Positions 10,606 to 20,396 of a stretch of DNA of 64,000 nt are shown piece after piece. Made by a program: the position numbers and the translations under genes. Source of the stretch: Bacteroidota bacterium (lineage in GTDB: Bacteria; Bacteroidota; Bacteroidia; Bacteroidales; BM520); NCBI GenBank assembly GCA_002748065.1, contig PDRJ01000041.1:17448-81447 (forward strand). Reading direction: 5' to 3'. Numbering within the stretch: the stretch's first letter is position 1; each line of letters begins with the position of its first letter. The notes under the pieces are model-generated. The model made no database searches. It had not been told where the DNA came from and saw nothing but the letters and a program-made list of their open reading frames with translations.

Positions 10606-10700
10606 AAAAAAAGCAGTGGCGACAAAAAGATGTTGATGATCCGTTATTCAAGCAAAATAGATGAACAACTCCTCCACCGGGCTCCTTCTGCTGCCACTGC
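10606..10700 (-). promoter_or_regulatory. Long leader hairpin with U-tract (candidate attenuator/terminator)
   Basis: On the minus strand GCAGTGGCAGCAGAAGGA pairs with TCTTTTTGTCGCCACTGC, with an inner GTTGTTCA/TGAATAAC stem, then T7, ending about 25 nt before the receptor ATG. Confidence 0.5.
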
Positions 10701-10760
10701 AACAAGTGTCAAGCTCACACGACTCTCCTCTCTATGCGAGCACTACACAACGCTTAATTA

Positions 10761-10936
10761 GCGTCTGTCTATAAAGTCCGACTTCTTCGTTACGCTTCTC
10801 TTCCAAAGGGTTCTTTCGGCTTTGCTCAACACATCGCATTTACCTCAGTAAACTCCCCTATTTCAACCTTCGCAAGCCTCGAATTCAGACTTTCTATACA
10901 GCCGCTGCTCAAAACTCCGACTTTATGGAGAGAGAG
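10761..10936 (+). mobile_element. MITE copy A
   Basis: Ends GCGTCTGTCTATAAAGTC and GACTTTATGGAGAGAGAG; TAATTA on both flanks; homologous to the other copies. Confidence 0.8.
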
Positions 10937-10946
10937 TAATTATAAA

Positions 10947-11663
10947 CTAGTCCGCAAGGAAATCCCACTCAATGGCCACATACCCCCGGGGAGTAGGTGC
11001 CGGATTTGCCGGAAAGTCAGTCACAATAAATTTAACGATCTTACCTTCACGGGTCTTTATAATCCACACAGGTTCGTCGCCTTCAACATTGTTATTAGCA
11101 GGCACTTTCCATTTACAACCAATAACCAACTTGGCATACTCTTCCTTCAAAGCACTCATCAAGGGAGCCCCAGTGGTTCCGGTAGGCAGAGAGGAGAGGT
11201 CGAAATCAGCTGCATCCGATGCCAACAGATACTCCTGAATATTTTCCGCAGTAAGAGCTTCAAAAGCATCACGCCCCTTACAGGTCGTATCCACTTGCGA
11301 ATAATTTACCGCCTGAACGTCGTCGTGCAGACGAATAAAAGGAGCTCCCCCCATTTGTCCATTGGGTTTTTCCCCTTTTATGGTACGAATCTTAAGATCA
11401 TACGCAAAATCATCCATGTGCAAAGAATCCATATTGTTTGCACCACCCTTTTGATCCTTGTAAAGGAAATCAAAGCCTACGCCGCCGGGATTTCTACCGG
11501 CACAGATGAGGAAGGGAGACTCCACACCCAAAAACTCAACAGCCGGAGGAGTTGGCGGTGGTTTCGGCGGATCCACAGGTTTTTCTTCTTCACATGCTAC
11601 AAACAAGAAACTCATAACTCCTACTAACAGAAGGAGCAAGAAACCATTTTTTTTCACATTCAT
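10947..11663 (-). CDS. Surface lipoprotein, divergent HmuY-like
   Basis: Lipobox FVAC followed by an acidic EEEK export signal and Pro-rich linker. C-terminal VWIIKTREGKIVKFIVTDF...GYVAIEW resembles the HmuY C-terminus at 19761-20372. Confidence 0.6.
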   Translation of the reverse strand: MNVKKNGFLLLLLVGVMSFLFVACEEEKPVDPPKPPPTPPAVEFLGVESPFLICAGRNPGGVGFDFLYKDQKGGANNMDSLHMDDFAYDLKIRTIKGEKPNGQMGGAPFIRLHDDVQAVNYSQVDTTCKGRDAFEALTAENIQEYLLASDAADFDLSSLPTGTTGAPLMSALKEEYAKLVIGCKWKVPANNNVEGDEPVWIIKTREGKIVKFIVTDFPANPAPTPRGYVAIEWDFLAD

Positions 11664-11724
11664 CGCTTTTATTCTCTTTTGGTTATTAATGGCGTAATAT
11701 TCCGATATATCTTCACACGAGAAA

Positions 11725-11774
11725 ACCCCCACTAATAAGGATAACACACCCCCAAAACCCCTACAAATAGGGAT
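11725..11774. promoter_or_regulatory. Paired 18-bp operator boxes (32-bp spacing)
   Basis: ACCCCCACTAATAAGGAT (11725) and ACCCCTACAAATAGGGAT (11757); same motif and spacing as at 23199 and 24169. Confidence 0.65.
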
Positions 11775-11802
11775 AAATCACAAAGAGAAGAAAAGAGCTA
11801 TT

Positions 11803-12129
11803 CTAATCGGGGATATAGATAATTTCACCGTTCTCCAGCTGATATGCGGTACCTACCCTTTTCCCTTTATTTCCAGTGGTTTCCTTCTTATCCGATGCCT
11901 TATAGGACTCAATCTTCTCCCCTTTCTTGGTAATAATTTCCATCTGCTCGGTTCCCGGGTTTTTCACCATGGTAAAATCTTCCTTGGAGAAGATCTCATT
12001 CATGTTGTATCTCGAGACCAAAGCAACCATCAGGGCTACAGCGAAAACCATCGCCACATCAAACAGATTGGAAACCGTTGCCATCGGATCGATCTCTTCC
12101 TGATCAAAAAAGTGTCTTTTCCGTTTCAT
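11803..12129 (-). CDS. hmuV: DUF2149 family protein (HmuV)
   Basis: DPMATVSNLFDVAMVFAVAL and GTAYQLENGEIIYIPD motifs; last gene of an hmuSTUV-type block. Confidence 0.85.
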   Translation of the reverse strand: MKRKRHFFDQEEIDPMATVSNLFDVAMVFAVALMVALVSRYNMNEIFSKEDFTMVKNPGTEQMEIITKKGEKIESYKASDKKETTGNKGKRVGTAYQLENGEIIYIPD

Positions 12130-12130
12130 C

Positions 12131-12727
12131 TTATTGCTTTTGATCCATCAACAGTTCCACAATAAAATCCAGGTTATTGACATCAGCAGTGTACCAGCGA
12201 CGTTTTACTTGTGTAACCACAAACCCCACGGCACCACTCAACAATCCAATCACCGTAGTGGCAAAAGCCACCTGCATATTCATGGCCATAGAAGAGATAT
12301 CTCCAGAGGCTAAGCCCACCAAAGCCGGCCCCATGGGGATCAAGGTTCCCATCAAACCAAGAATGGGTCCCACCTTAGCCAGCGTCTGGCTCATAGAGAG
12401 ATCTTTCTGACAGGCAACCTCAAAATCACTTAACAGCTTCTCATAGTAGACCCGCTCAGACTTGGAGTCCCTCACTTTTCCAATAAACTCGGACAAAAGT
12501 AATTTCCCACCGGAGGGAAACTCCCCCAACACTTGCCGCACATTTTCCCTGCTCAACGTTGCGATACGGTCCCTAAACTTTTTATTAAACCGCATTTTAT
12601 GAATGTACATGCCGTAAAAAGTCCCAATTAAGATCAAGGATCGCAGAAAAAACAGAATCAACAAAATCAACACAGGGATCAGTAACCCCGTGGATATCCA
12701 GTACAAAATTTCACTAATCTGATTCAT
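12131..12727 (-). CDS. hmuU: MotA/TolQ/ExbB proton-channel family protein (HmuU)
   Basis: GPILGLMGTLIPM and VAFATTVIGL motifs; start at MNQISE. Confidence 0.87.
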   Translation of the reverse strand: MNQISEILYWISTGLLIPVLILLILFFLRSLILIGTFYGMYIHKMRFNKKFRDRIATLSRENVRQVLGEFPSGGKLLLSEFIGKVRDSKSERVYYEKLLSDFEVACQKDLSMSQTLAKVGPILGLMGTLIPMGPALVGLASGDISSMAMNMQVAFATTVIGLLSGAVGFVVTQVKRRWYTADVNNLDFIVELLMDQKQ

Positions 12728-13421
12728 ATACTCTTTTTTTATTTCTAATTCTACATTGATAGGGATAATATACCACCCCCGATAAGATGATAAGGAACGC
12801 CGCTGCAAAGAGAACCCCCAACTCCCTCCACGGCAAGGTGATCAACGCATAGCGAACGGGGAGACTAAAGGCCATCACCGAAACCACCACCGCGATCACC
12901 AACTGAAAGATATGGAGGATAAACTTGATCTCCAACCGCAAGTCTTCCACAGGGAGGAGCCACTTCATCAACCAGGAGAAGCCCCAAAGGGCAAGGGGGA
13001 TAAGGAATACCATCATCCAGGCGAGAAGGTTATAGCTTATGCCTCTTATCTCCAGAAAAAGGGATGACTGTAGATAGAAGAGGGAGAGAAACACCACGAC
13101 CCCGGGGAAATAAGAGGCATAAGCTAAGATCTTACGCTCCCGACTTCCATAATGAAGCCTGATGAAGAAGATACTAATAAGCAGTCCAAAGAACACCTCA
13201 AAGATCTGAATAACAAGGAAGTCACCTATAAAGGTCGCATCATTCAGCCGACTCATAATCTCCGTATTGCTTATCTCCAAAGCATACGGATAGAACAACC
13301 GCAAGGCTACGCCGGAGAGGAGGAGCCAAAAAAGGACAAATGCCTTCCTCTTCATAAAGGTAAACTGCAGTGAAAACAGGAGACCTGCCAATACCAGTAA
13401 AACGATGATTAATGAATGCAC
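12714..13421 (-). CDS. hmuT: Multi-pass membrane protein (HmuT-like)
   Basis: Highly hydrophobic; lies between hmuS and hmuU. Confidence 0.7.
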   Translation of the reverse strand: MHSLIIVLLVLAGLLFSLQFTFMKRKAFVLFWLLLSGVALRLFYPYALEISNTEIMSRLNDATFIGDFLVIQIFEVFFGLLISIFFIRLHYGSRERKILAYASYFPGVVVFLSLFYLQSSLFLEIRGISYNLLAWMMVFLIPLALWGFSWLMKWLLPVEDLRLEIKFILHIFQLVIAVVVSVMAFSLPVRYALITLPWRELGVLFAAAFLIILSGVVYYPYQCRIRNKKRVYESD

Positions 13422-13439
13422 AGCCTTTCCAAATTAAAT

Positions 13440-16400
13440 TTATCCTCTATTTCTTCTACGAATATAAAATACAAGAAGCAGCAAAATTCCTACCACCACC
13501 AACGCGGGGATCAAGGCATTACTCCTCTTCTTTACGCTTCGTTCCGGCTGCTCATCCGCACGATTCTCTTTCTCCAGCACCACCGACTCTTTATCCGAAA
13601 CACTCTTTTTCTCTCTCACCGAAGCGATCTCCGTCTCGTAAGCTTTTTGAAGTTCCGGGGTCAATTTCTGCTGGATATAACTCTTCAACTTTGCGTTATC
13701 ACACACAAAGCCACTACATCCTGCTTCATGCTCTTTGACCAGTTCTGCATGCAGGGTTGCCAGTTTGGCAATTTGCTCCTGAGAGGCCTTCCACATCCCC
13801 TTTCTTGCGGTCTCAAGCATCACCGCCGACATCTCCTGCATCGCATAAGGGTTCTCTCGCTTAAAGAAGTCCTGGACACCCAATTGCTGTTTATCTTCCA
13901 CATAGGTATCATACAGATCGTCCCACAGGCGATCCTCAATAACGGAAGGTTTCATCACATTCCATCCAAAGGTGTTTCTAAAGGTCTCTGCAAAGGTCTC
14001 CGCCGAGGAGGCTCCTCCCTTCATATACTCCTTGATATAGCGAGGGTTGAGCAGGGTGGTGCGGGTTTCGACCCAAACAGCCTCTTTCAAGCCCTGAACC
14101 CTTGCGTGAGAAGCATTGCGGAAATCATTAAAATAGGACTCCGCATCATTCCCGGTAACCTCTTTTACGGCCAGGTTCATCCCCCCCATAAACTCATACA
14201 CATGATCCAGGCTCAAGGCGCCCCATGTGTTACTCTGCCGGGGTTGAACCACCGCTTCGGTATTCAGCAAAGCCGCCCGGAAAACGCCATCCTCATATTC
14301 GCCCCAATCTTCAGCGTCGGAGTACCTTGCGCCCATATTTTGGATATAGGTCTTAGCCACCATACGGGAGGAGTCCCAACGGCCGGAGTTCTCCACCATA
14401 CCCATAATACCGGTTCCATAGTTCCCATTAACGCCGCCAAAGATGCGTTGGGAGGAGAGTTTTCGTGCATCCTTGGGTGAGAAGCCGGCATCCACCAACT
14501 GTTGTTCCGCATCGCGCACCCCTTTCTTCACAAAGTTCTCTTCATCGCCCCCCTCCATGGCCACCTTTTGAATGGCTCTATTAATGAGGAAAAGGCGAGA
14601 AGCTGCCAGATCACGCAACTGTCCGGAGGTCTGAACCAGTACATCAATACGCGGCCGCTTCAACTCCTCCAAAGGAATCATTCGCACATCATAAACCCGA
14701 CCAAAGGCATTCCATATGGGCTCCACCCCAAGCAGGTAGAGAATCTGAGCGATGGTAGCACCCTCCGACTCAATAAAACTACTTGACCATAGGGTAAAAC
14801 TAATCTTCTCCGGATATTGACCATCATGCTTCGAGCGATAGTCTTCCAACAAACTTTCGCCCAACTTCTTTCCAACCCTCCAGGCCTCCGGTGTAGGAGT
14901 CTGCTCCGCATCAATGGAATAGAGGTTCCTTCCGGTGGGAAGGGATGCTGGGTTTGCAATGGGATCACCTCCCGGACTGGGAGAGGTATACCCCCCTTCC
15001 AGAGAGTTCAAGATAGCCACAAACTCCTCTTCCGGACTCTCCCGAAGCGCTTTCTGCTTTTTCAACACATCTTCAAGTGCATGTTTCACCATCTGAACCG
15101 CACGCGAGAAGTCCTCTTCCAGCGTTTCAAGTCGAGCAATCTCTCTTCCAGCTGCCTCCATAAGGGGAGCCAGTTGGGTATCCATAAAAGCCACTAATGC
15201 CTGCTCCTCTTTGGAAGGAGAAGCTATCTTTCCAAGGATCGCATGCAGCTCGTCTTTATGCTTCTCCAGGTAATTCAAGGCCGTATTTTTCCCACGGAGG
15301 TCCTCCAGAGAGAGGAGAAGACACTCTTCCACGGAAAAATCAGCTACCTCTTCCTCAAAATAGAGAAGAGCCTGCAAGCGAATCGCCTCTTCCTGACGAC
15401 GCTCCTCAGCCTCCACATCTTTCATAAGTCCCTCGTCATGGAGATAATGTAGCGCAAGGTTACGCATGGAAGTGTCTTCGACCATCTCTATAATAGAGAA
15501 GACAATACTATCGGTGGCCACCTCTAAAGCCTTCGCCATGGGAGGCACCACCTTTGCCAGGTTCTTCACCTTACGAAACTTCTCCTTATCCAACAGAGCA
15601 ATGGCCTTTTCGTAAGATTTATCCGACTCCAGTGTCATCAAGAAAGACTTCTTCTCCTCATCCGGTAAGCAACGGATAATCAATCCCCGGAGTTTCAAGC
15701 TATCCTCCCGGGACAAACCTGTATGCTCTTCGTGCGAGGCTTTAGCCCCCATCATACCCATGGTGGCCATAGGCATTGCCATAAAATCTTTCTTCTGATC
15801 CTCCCAACGTTGTGCCCGTGCACGATCTTCCGAAGAGACGATCCGTTGAAAGACAGCAAGCGGATTCTTCGTACGCAACACCTCTCCAAGATACCTTTCG
15901 GAAGGATGAGTATACCTGTCGTTAAAGAATTTCTTATCCTCGATCCGTTCTCTATCTATTTTTTTCTTAAGCACATCCAGCTCCGCCAGATTATAGGCAA
16001 TGGCATCCACCAACATCAGCTGAACGGTCTCCTCCAACTTATCCTTGGGATAGGGTACTCCCATGGTGTAGAGGCCACCGGTCACCTTCTCATGCTCTAT
16101 CTCCTCTAAGTAGTTGGCCAACTTCATCATATCCGCCTCAGAGTAGGGCTGATCCAGGATACTGTCAAGCCCCAGGTCCAAATGAATTTTCGCCTTCACA
16201 GCCATCGCTTTTATGGAGAGGGCATACTCATTCTTCACCGCACCCTTGGCCTGCTCATATTTATGCAATTTGGTATGCATAATCTCACGGTTAGAAAAAG
16301 CCTGAGCCTCAATAAAGGGAGGGGTAAGATAGGTTTGTGTAACGGCATAACTTCTACGTTTGGCGATCATCCCCTCACCCACATTGCTGATGGTATAGAT

Positions 16401-18131
16401 GTAAAAATGGGGGGTGGTTCCAATGAGAGGATCGGTCCAGTCGTACTGGGAGAGTGCAATCTGTTTTCCGGGGGTAAACTCCAGGGAGCCATGGGTTCCA
16501 AAGTGGAAAATGGCATCGGCTTGAAACCCTTGCTGAATCCAGAAGTAGGGCGCAATATAAGCGTGGGGCGGAGCCGTCTTAGCGCCGTGCACCAGGGCAA
16601 ATTGGTTCTCTCCGATCCCGGGGAGAGGCTGTGGCAAAAGCACCACATTCCCAAAAGCGACGCGTGCCACGGCCAGGTACTCCGTTGAATCCTTATAAAC
16701 GGACATAAAACTTCCCGGAGCTTTTCCATATCGATTGACCACCTCCTCATACATGGAAGATGGCAACAAATCCTCGCACCACTGCTCATAGGTCACCGCC
16801 TCAATAAGCTCAGGTGAACCCTCCTTCAGAAACGTATCAAAAGCGCCCTCTGCGTAAGGCCCCAATACCGGCCCCATACGCATAACCACCTCTTCAAAAG
16901 CCTCATATGTCTCCGGAAGTCCTTCCACATTATAACCTTCCCGCTTCATGCGCTTCAACAGGTTGTACAGAGAAGGTAGGACCTCCATGTTGGAAGCCTC
17001 CAGGGCATTTTTTCCCGGGCCCTTGAAATAGACAATAGCCACCTTCTTATCGTGGTTATGAAGTTCTTTCAGGTTCAAATAATTGGAGACAATTTCGCCA
17101 AACTTCTCCAGACGCTCAGGAACAGCCTGAAAGACCAGAAGCCCCTGTTCCGTTTTATACTGAGCGAAAACGGCATAGGGCACAATCCCTCCGTCAAACT
17201 CAGGCATGGTCACACTCTGGCTCAAAAGGCCACCAAACATCCCCTGTTTATCCTTTAACCACTTCTCATACTCACTAAATACGCTTACAGGGCATAACAC
17301 AGGAACATCCTGCTCCTCCAACCAATCGATCACAGCCTTGGTATCCCCACTCATATCCAAACGACCATGGGGAAGGTATACAATAAGATCGGGTTGTATC
17401 GTTTGCATCTGTCTCAAACGACTTTGCCACCCCGCCACAGGATAGACATTCAGGTTCCGTGATTCCAATTCGACAATTAGGCTGTCAATATGCTCCCTAT
17501 TGGCGTTAAAAGGTCCCGGAACACTGGTAAAAAGCAACACCCGACGGTTCTTTTTTTGGTGGACTCCCGTCTTTAGAGCCCACTGTTGAAACTCCTCCAC
17601 CGTATTGAAAATGGCATCCTCTCCCAGATAAAAGAGCACATCGGAGTTGATCTTACGGGGCGGACTGACACTATCTGCGCTACCCCGCTTACCATCAAGT
17701 TCGTAACGGATATATTTAAACATATTCCGATAGTTAAAACGCCCCCCATTCTCCAGGTAACCGGAGATATTATCCAACTGATGTCCAGCGATATTCGTTA
17801 ACTGTAACGCTGGATTTGTCGCCGCATACATAAAGATATCAGCACCCTTCTCTCCCGCACGAACAATCTTCTCTTTCTGATCTTCGGGCAGTTCTAAACC
17901 CATACCAAAGACAAAAAGCGCATCATACTTCCTCAGTGAGGGGAGGGAACGCGGATAAAGTTTGTCGATTTTCACGGCCTTCTCTTCGTTAGCCGTTACG
18001 ATCTTCGCATACATAAAATCGGGAAAATTGATAAGACCTACCCGAGTTGGCGCATAATGTTTGTGGTAATAAAATCCCACAAATACCACCACAACGAAGA
18101 GAGTCAATCCTACAACTATTTTTTTCCGCAT
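13440..18131 (-). CDS. hmuS: CobN/chelatase-family protein HmuS (heme de-chelatase type)
   Basis: HFGTHGSLEFTPGK, LPTGRNLY and SLDHVYEFMGG motifs; N- and C-terminal TM anchors; hmu operon context. Confidence 0.9.
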   Translation of the reverse strand: MRKKIVVGLTLFVVVVFVGFYYHKHYAPTRVGLINFPDFMYAKIVTANEEKAVKIDKLYPRSLPSLRKYDALFVFGMGLELPEDQKEKIVRAGEKGADIFMYAATNPALQLTNIAGHQLDNISGYLENGGRFNYRNMFKYIRYELDGKRGSADSVSPPRKINSDVLFYLGEDAIFNTVEEFQQWALKTGVHQKKNRRVLLFTSVPGPFNANREHIDSLIVELESRNLNVYPVAGWQSRLRQMQTIQPDLIVYLPHGRLDMSGDTKAVIDWLEEQDVPVLCPVSVFSEYEKWLKDKQGMFGGLLSQSVTMPEFDGGIVPYAVFAQYKTEQGLLVFQAVPERLEKFGEIVSNYLNLKELHNHDKKVAIVYFKGPGKNALEASNMEVLPSLYNLLKRMKREGYNVEGLPETYEAFEEVVMRMGPVLGPYAEGAFDTFLKEGSPELIEAVTYEQWCEDLLPSSMYEEVVNRYGKAPGSFMSVYKDSTEYLAVARVAFGNVVLLPQPLPGIGENQFALVHGAKTAPPHAYIAPYFWIQQGFQADAIFHFGTHGSLEFTPGKQIALSQYDWTDPLIGTTPHFYIYTISNVGEGMIAKRRSYAVTQTYLTPPFIEAQAFSNREIMHTKLHKYEQAKGAVKNEYALSIKAMAVKAKIHLDLGLDSILDQPYSEADMMKLANYLEEIEHEKVTGGLYTMGVPYPKDKLEETVQLMLVDAIAYNLAELDVLKKKIDRERIEDKKFFNDRYTHPSERYLGEVLRTKNPLAVFQRIVSSEDRARAQRWEDQKKDFMAMPMATMGMMGAKASHEEHTGLSREDSLKLRGLIIRCLPDEEKKSFLMTLESDKSYEKAIALLDKEKFRKVKNLAKVVPPMAKALEVATDSIVFSIIEMVEDTSMRNLALHYLHDEGLMKDVEAEERRQEEAIRLQALLYFEEEVADFSVEECLLLSLEDLRGKNTALNYLEKHKDELHAILGKIASPSKEEQALVAFMDTQLAPLMEAAGREIARLETLEEDFSRAVQMVKHALEDVLKKQKALRESPEEEFVAILNSLEGGYTSPSPGGDPIANPASLPTGRNLYSIDAEQTPTPEAWRVGKKLGESLLEDYRSKHDGQYPEKISFTLWSSSFIESEGATIAQILYLLGVEPIWNAFGRVYDVRMIPLEELKRPRIDVLVQTSGQLRDLAASRLFLINRAIQKVAMEGGDEENFVKKGVRDAEQQLVDAGFSPKDARKLSSQRIFGGVNGNYGTGIMGMVENSGRWDSSRMVAKTYIQNMGARYSDAEDWGEYEDGVFRAALLNTEAVVQPRQSNTWGALSLDHVYEFMGGMNLAVKEVTGNDAESYFNDFRNASHARVQGLKEAVWVETRTTLLNPRYIKEYMKGGASSAETFAETFRNTFGWNVMKPSVIEDRLWDDLYDTYVEDKQQLGVQDFFKRENPYAMQEMSAVMLETARKGMWKASQEQIAKLATLHAELVKEHEAGCSGFVCDNAKLKSYIQQKLTPELQKAYETEIASVREKKSVSDKESVVLEKENRADEQPERSVKKRSNALIPALVVVGILLLLVFYIRRRNRG

Positions 18132-18135
18132 ACTA

Positions 18136-19674
18136 CTATTTCCTTTTCAATTTAACATACCAATAATCAAACACACCGGAAAGTATGACAAAAAGCCCCA
18201 TACTTCCCAAAAGAGGAATTATCAGGATATACAATGCTCCCAACAATCCCTTAAAGATTCGAGCATTGTGAAGCTCGAACAAAAAATTCCACAAAGGCAT
18301 CCTGTAAGCACGCGACAAGGATTCCGGCATGATCAATTGACCATATATCGGCTCACCGGAGGCATCACACAACCCTTTATAATGGCCGCAAATGTACTGA
18401 CAATTATCCTCATATTCAACGAAACCGGTCACAAGTAGCGAAGCCGGCATTCCCTTATGTTTTGGAGGTGACACATGAAGGAGAGACTGTTTATGCTCCT
18501 CTCTTACATCGTAGAGCAGCAACCCTCCAAAGGAGCCTACCAGCCACTCTCCTGGCACCTTTTCTTCAAAAACAGTCGTTCCCATGGCAAAAATGGAGAA
18601 GGGAAGCTCCAATTTCTTAAAAACAGCCATTTCACTCACCGCTCCAGCCCAGATTCCATCGGAACACTCCAGCACCAAACGATGAGCATCATGATCGTAC
18701 AACGCATTGTTAATTTTCTCGTGCCAGGGATTCCGGGAAAAAGAGGGGAGCCATCGTTGGCTCACAGAACCATCGGCAATGGCAAGAATCAACGGAGGGC
18801 GAAGAAAAATCCCGGTGGCAAATATGACCGTAAGGAGTACGGCCACATACCATCCCCATTTCTTATGATAACGAAGGAAGAAGGCGTACCGCTTTTTCTC
18901 TTTTCTCCCGGGTTTCACGCCCCCTTTTTTGTAGCCCCTTCGCCACCTCTTTGGGTAGAACCAAATGTAGAATGCCGAAACGGCAAGAAACAGCAGGATA
19001 AGGCCTGCCAAATCCCACAAAAGTTTTCCCGCCCCTCCCAAAATGGAGCCGTCATGCAGCGATAAGAAAAACCGAAACAGCGGCAGACGTAGGTTCTCCT
19101 CGTCCCTATGGGGAATTACAAGGGAAAATTGCTCTTCCGAAGAGAGTGGCTTTTGGTAAATGGCCGACTCGGTCACCACCAGGTAATGGCCATCCCCCGT
19201 TACAATCTTTTTCACCGCGGAGCGATTCTCCGGCAGGGGAATCGCAACCCACTGCTTCGTATCGCAATCCACTTGAAAGAGTCCACCGTTGGTAGCAGCC
19301 CACACCAATCCGCTGGAGGAGTCAGCCAGCAGGTGGTTGGTTCTTCTTTTCCAGGCAGCATCAGGAAAATCCCCCTCCATAAACGGCTCAAAATGAAGCC
19401 CATTATCCTTGGAAAGAAAAACGCCCTGATTTCCCCAAACCATCAACTTACGAGAATCGAAACGAAGCATCCCCTTCAAGGAACTCCGATTCCAATTGAC
19501 AGGATGGTAATGCTTCGGCACCCACCTTCCAGGAATAGAGAGGTCACGGATCAATCCCGGATGGTTGAGCAATATACCGGAAACAGCCATCCATCCCACA
19601 AAGAGGATTAGGAGCAACCCCGGATACTTATGATACCACTTGCTTAATCGAAAAAACCGTTTCCCTATACCCAT
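18136..19674 (-). CDS. PepSY-associated TM-helix protein (putative heme-b ferric reductase type)
   Basis: WYHKYPGL...SGILLNH, LSLHDG, RYHKKWG and ELHNAR helices carrying His residues; duplicated architecture. Confidence 0.8.
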   Translation of the reverse strand: MGIGKRFFRLSKWYHKYPGLLLILFVGWMAVSGILLNHPGLIRDLSIPGRWVPKHYHPVNWNRSSLKGMLRFDSRKLMVWGNQGVFLSKDNGLHFEPFMEGDFPDAAWKRRTNHLLADSSSGLVWAATNGGLFQVDCDTKQWVAIPLPENRSAVKKIVTGDGHYLVVTESAIYQKPLSSEEQFSLVIPHRDEENLRLPLFRFFLSLHDGSILGGAGKLLWDLAGLILLFLAVSAFYIWFYPKRWRRGYKKGGVKPGRKEKKRYAFFLRYHKKWGWYVAVLLTVIFATGIFLRPPLILAIADGSVSQRWLPSFSRNPWHEKINNALYDHDAHRLVLECSDGIWAGAVSEMAVFKKLELPFSIFAMGTTVFEEKVPGEWLVGSFGGLLLYDVREEHKQSLLHVSPPKHKGMPASLLVTGFVEYEDNCQYICGHYKGLCDASGEPIYGQLIMPESLSRAYRMPLWNFLFELHNARIFKGLLGALYILIIPLLGSMGLFVILSGVFDYWYVKLKRK

Positions 19675-19675
19675 A

Positions 19676-19718
19676 AAAATATAAAAGCGGGACGGGTATT
19701 ATTTACCTACCCATCCCG
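19676..19718 (-). terminator. Intra-operon hairpin/terminator after hmuY
   Basis: Minus-strand CGGGATGGGTA...TACCCGTCCCG followed by CTTTTATATTTTT. Confidence 0.6.
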
Positions 19719-19760
19719 AATAAACTAAAACCAGTTTCTAATCAAACACAAAAGTGTCTA

Positions 19761-20372
19761 TTAGTCCAATTTTGTAGAACCATCTGGTTGATAACTGTAC
19801 TTCATGGTTACATGTCCACTTTCGCCATCGGCATTAAAGTAATCTTTCAGCCATACCTTCGCGTATTTACCGTCGGCTGTTTTCACCACAAAGATTTCGT
19901 TGCTGTAGGTATACTCAGGACCCTGCTGGCCATAGGTCATCGTCACCCAAGTAGCCAGGACCTGGTCACCGGGTACATGTTCCATCACCGGAGGCATCAC
20001 CGTAACATCAACAGCTACATCAATAAAGTCGTTCGAGACATAACCGCTCTCAGGAGCCGTAGTAACTGCTGCGAAATTGTTCTCACCAGTAGCAAAAGTC
20101 CCCCCTTCGCCAGGGCCTGCTTCTCCTCCATTTACACGCAAATCGTAACGATGGAATCCGATATCCCATGCCGTAGAAGTAGCAAAATCAGCTACCTCAA
20201 CCACTTCACCCTCTTTGAAGCTGAAATAGACCCAAGCGTCGTATGCCGTAGCATCAATAGTGATGGTATTAACGGATACAGGATCTTTAGGTTTATCCTT
20301 ATCTTTACAAGAGGTAAAAACTAAACCAATGCCTAAAACGGCAAGAAGTGTCAAAAAATGAATTTTTCTCAT
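19761..20372 (-). CDS. hmuY: HmuY-family hemophore-like lipoprotein
   Basis: Lipobox FTSC; IDATAYDAWVYFSF, WDIGFHRYDLRVNGG and FVVKTADGKYAKV motifs. Confidence 0.92.
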   Translation of the reverse strand: MRKIHFLTLLAVLGIGLVFTSCKDKDKPKDPVSVNTITIDATAYDAWVYFSFKEGEVVEVADFATSTAWDIGFHRYDLRVNGGEAGPGEGGTFATGENNFAAVTTAPESGYVSNDFIDVAVDVTVMPPVMEHVPGDQVLATWVTMTYGQQGPEYTYSNEIFVVKTADGKYAKVWLKDYFNADGESGHVTMKYSYQPDGSTKLD

Positions 20373-20396
20373 AACAAATTAGTGTTTATTTCTTAA

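Noticed and set aside
10613-10760. Cobalamin riboswitch suggested by GCCACTG
   Set aside because: The GGGAA and B12-box elements are missing; the GCCACTG is one arm of a simple hairpin.
13416-14480. 354-aa + strand ORF and other long antisense ORFs
   Set aside because: Shadow ORFs opposite well-supported genes (hmuS, nifJ, mutS) with no recognisable motifs.
13440-18131. Cobalamin biosynthesis cobaltochelatase
   Set aside because: Membrane anchors, hmuYR/TUV context and the absence of other cob genes point to HmuS.
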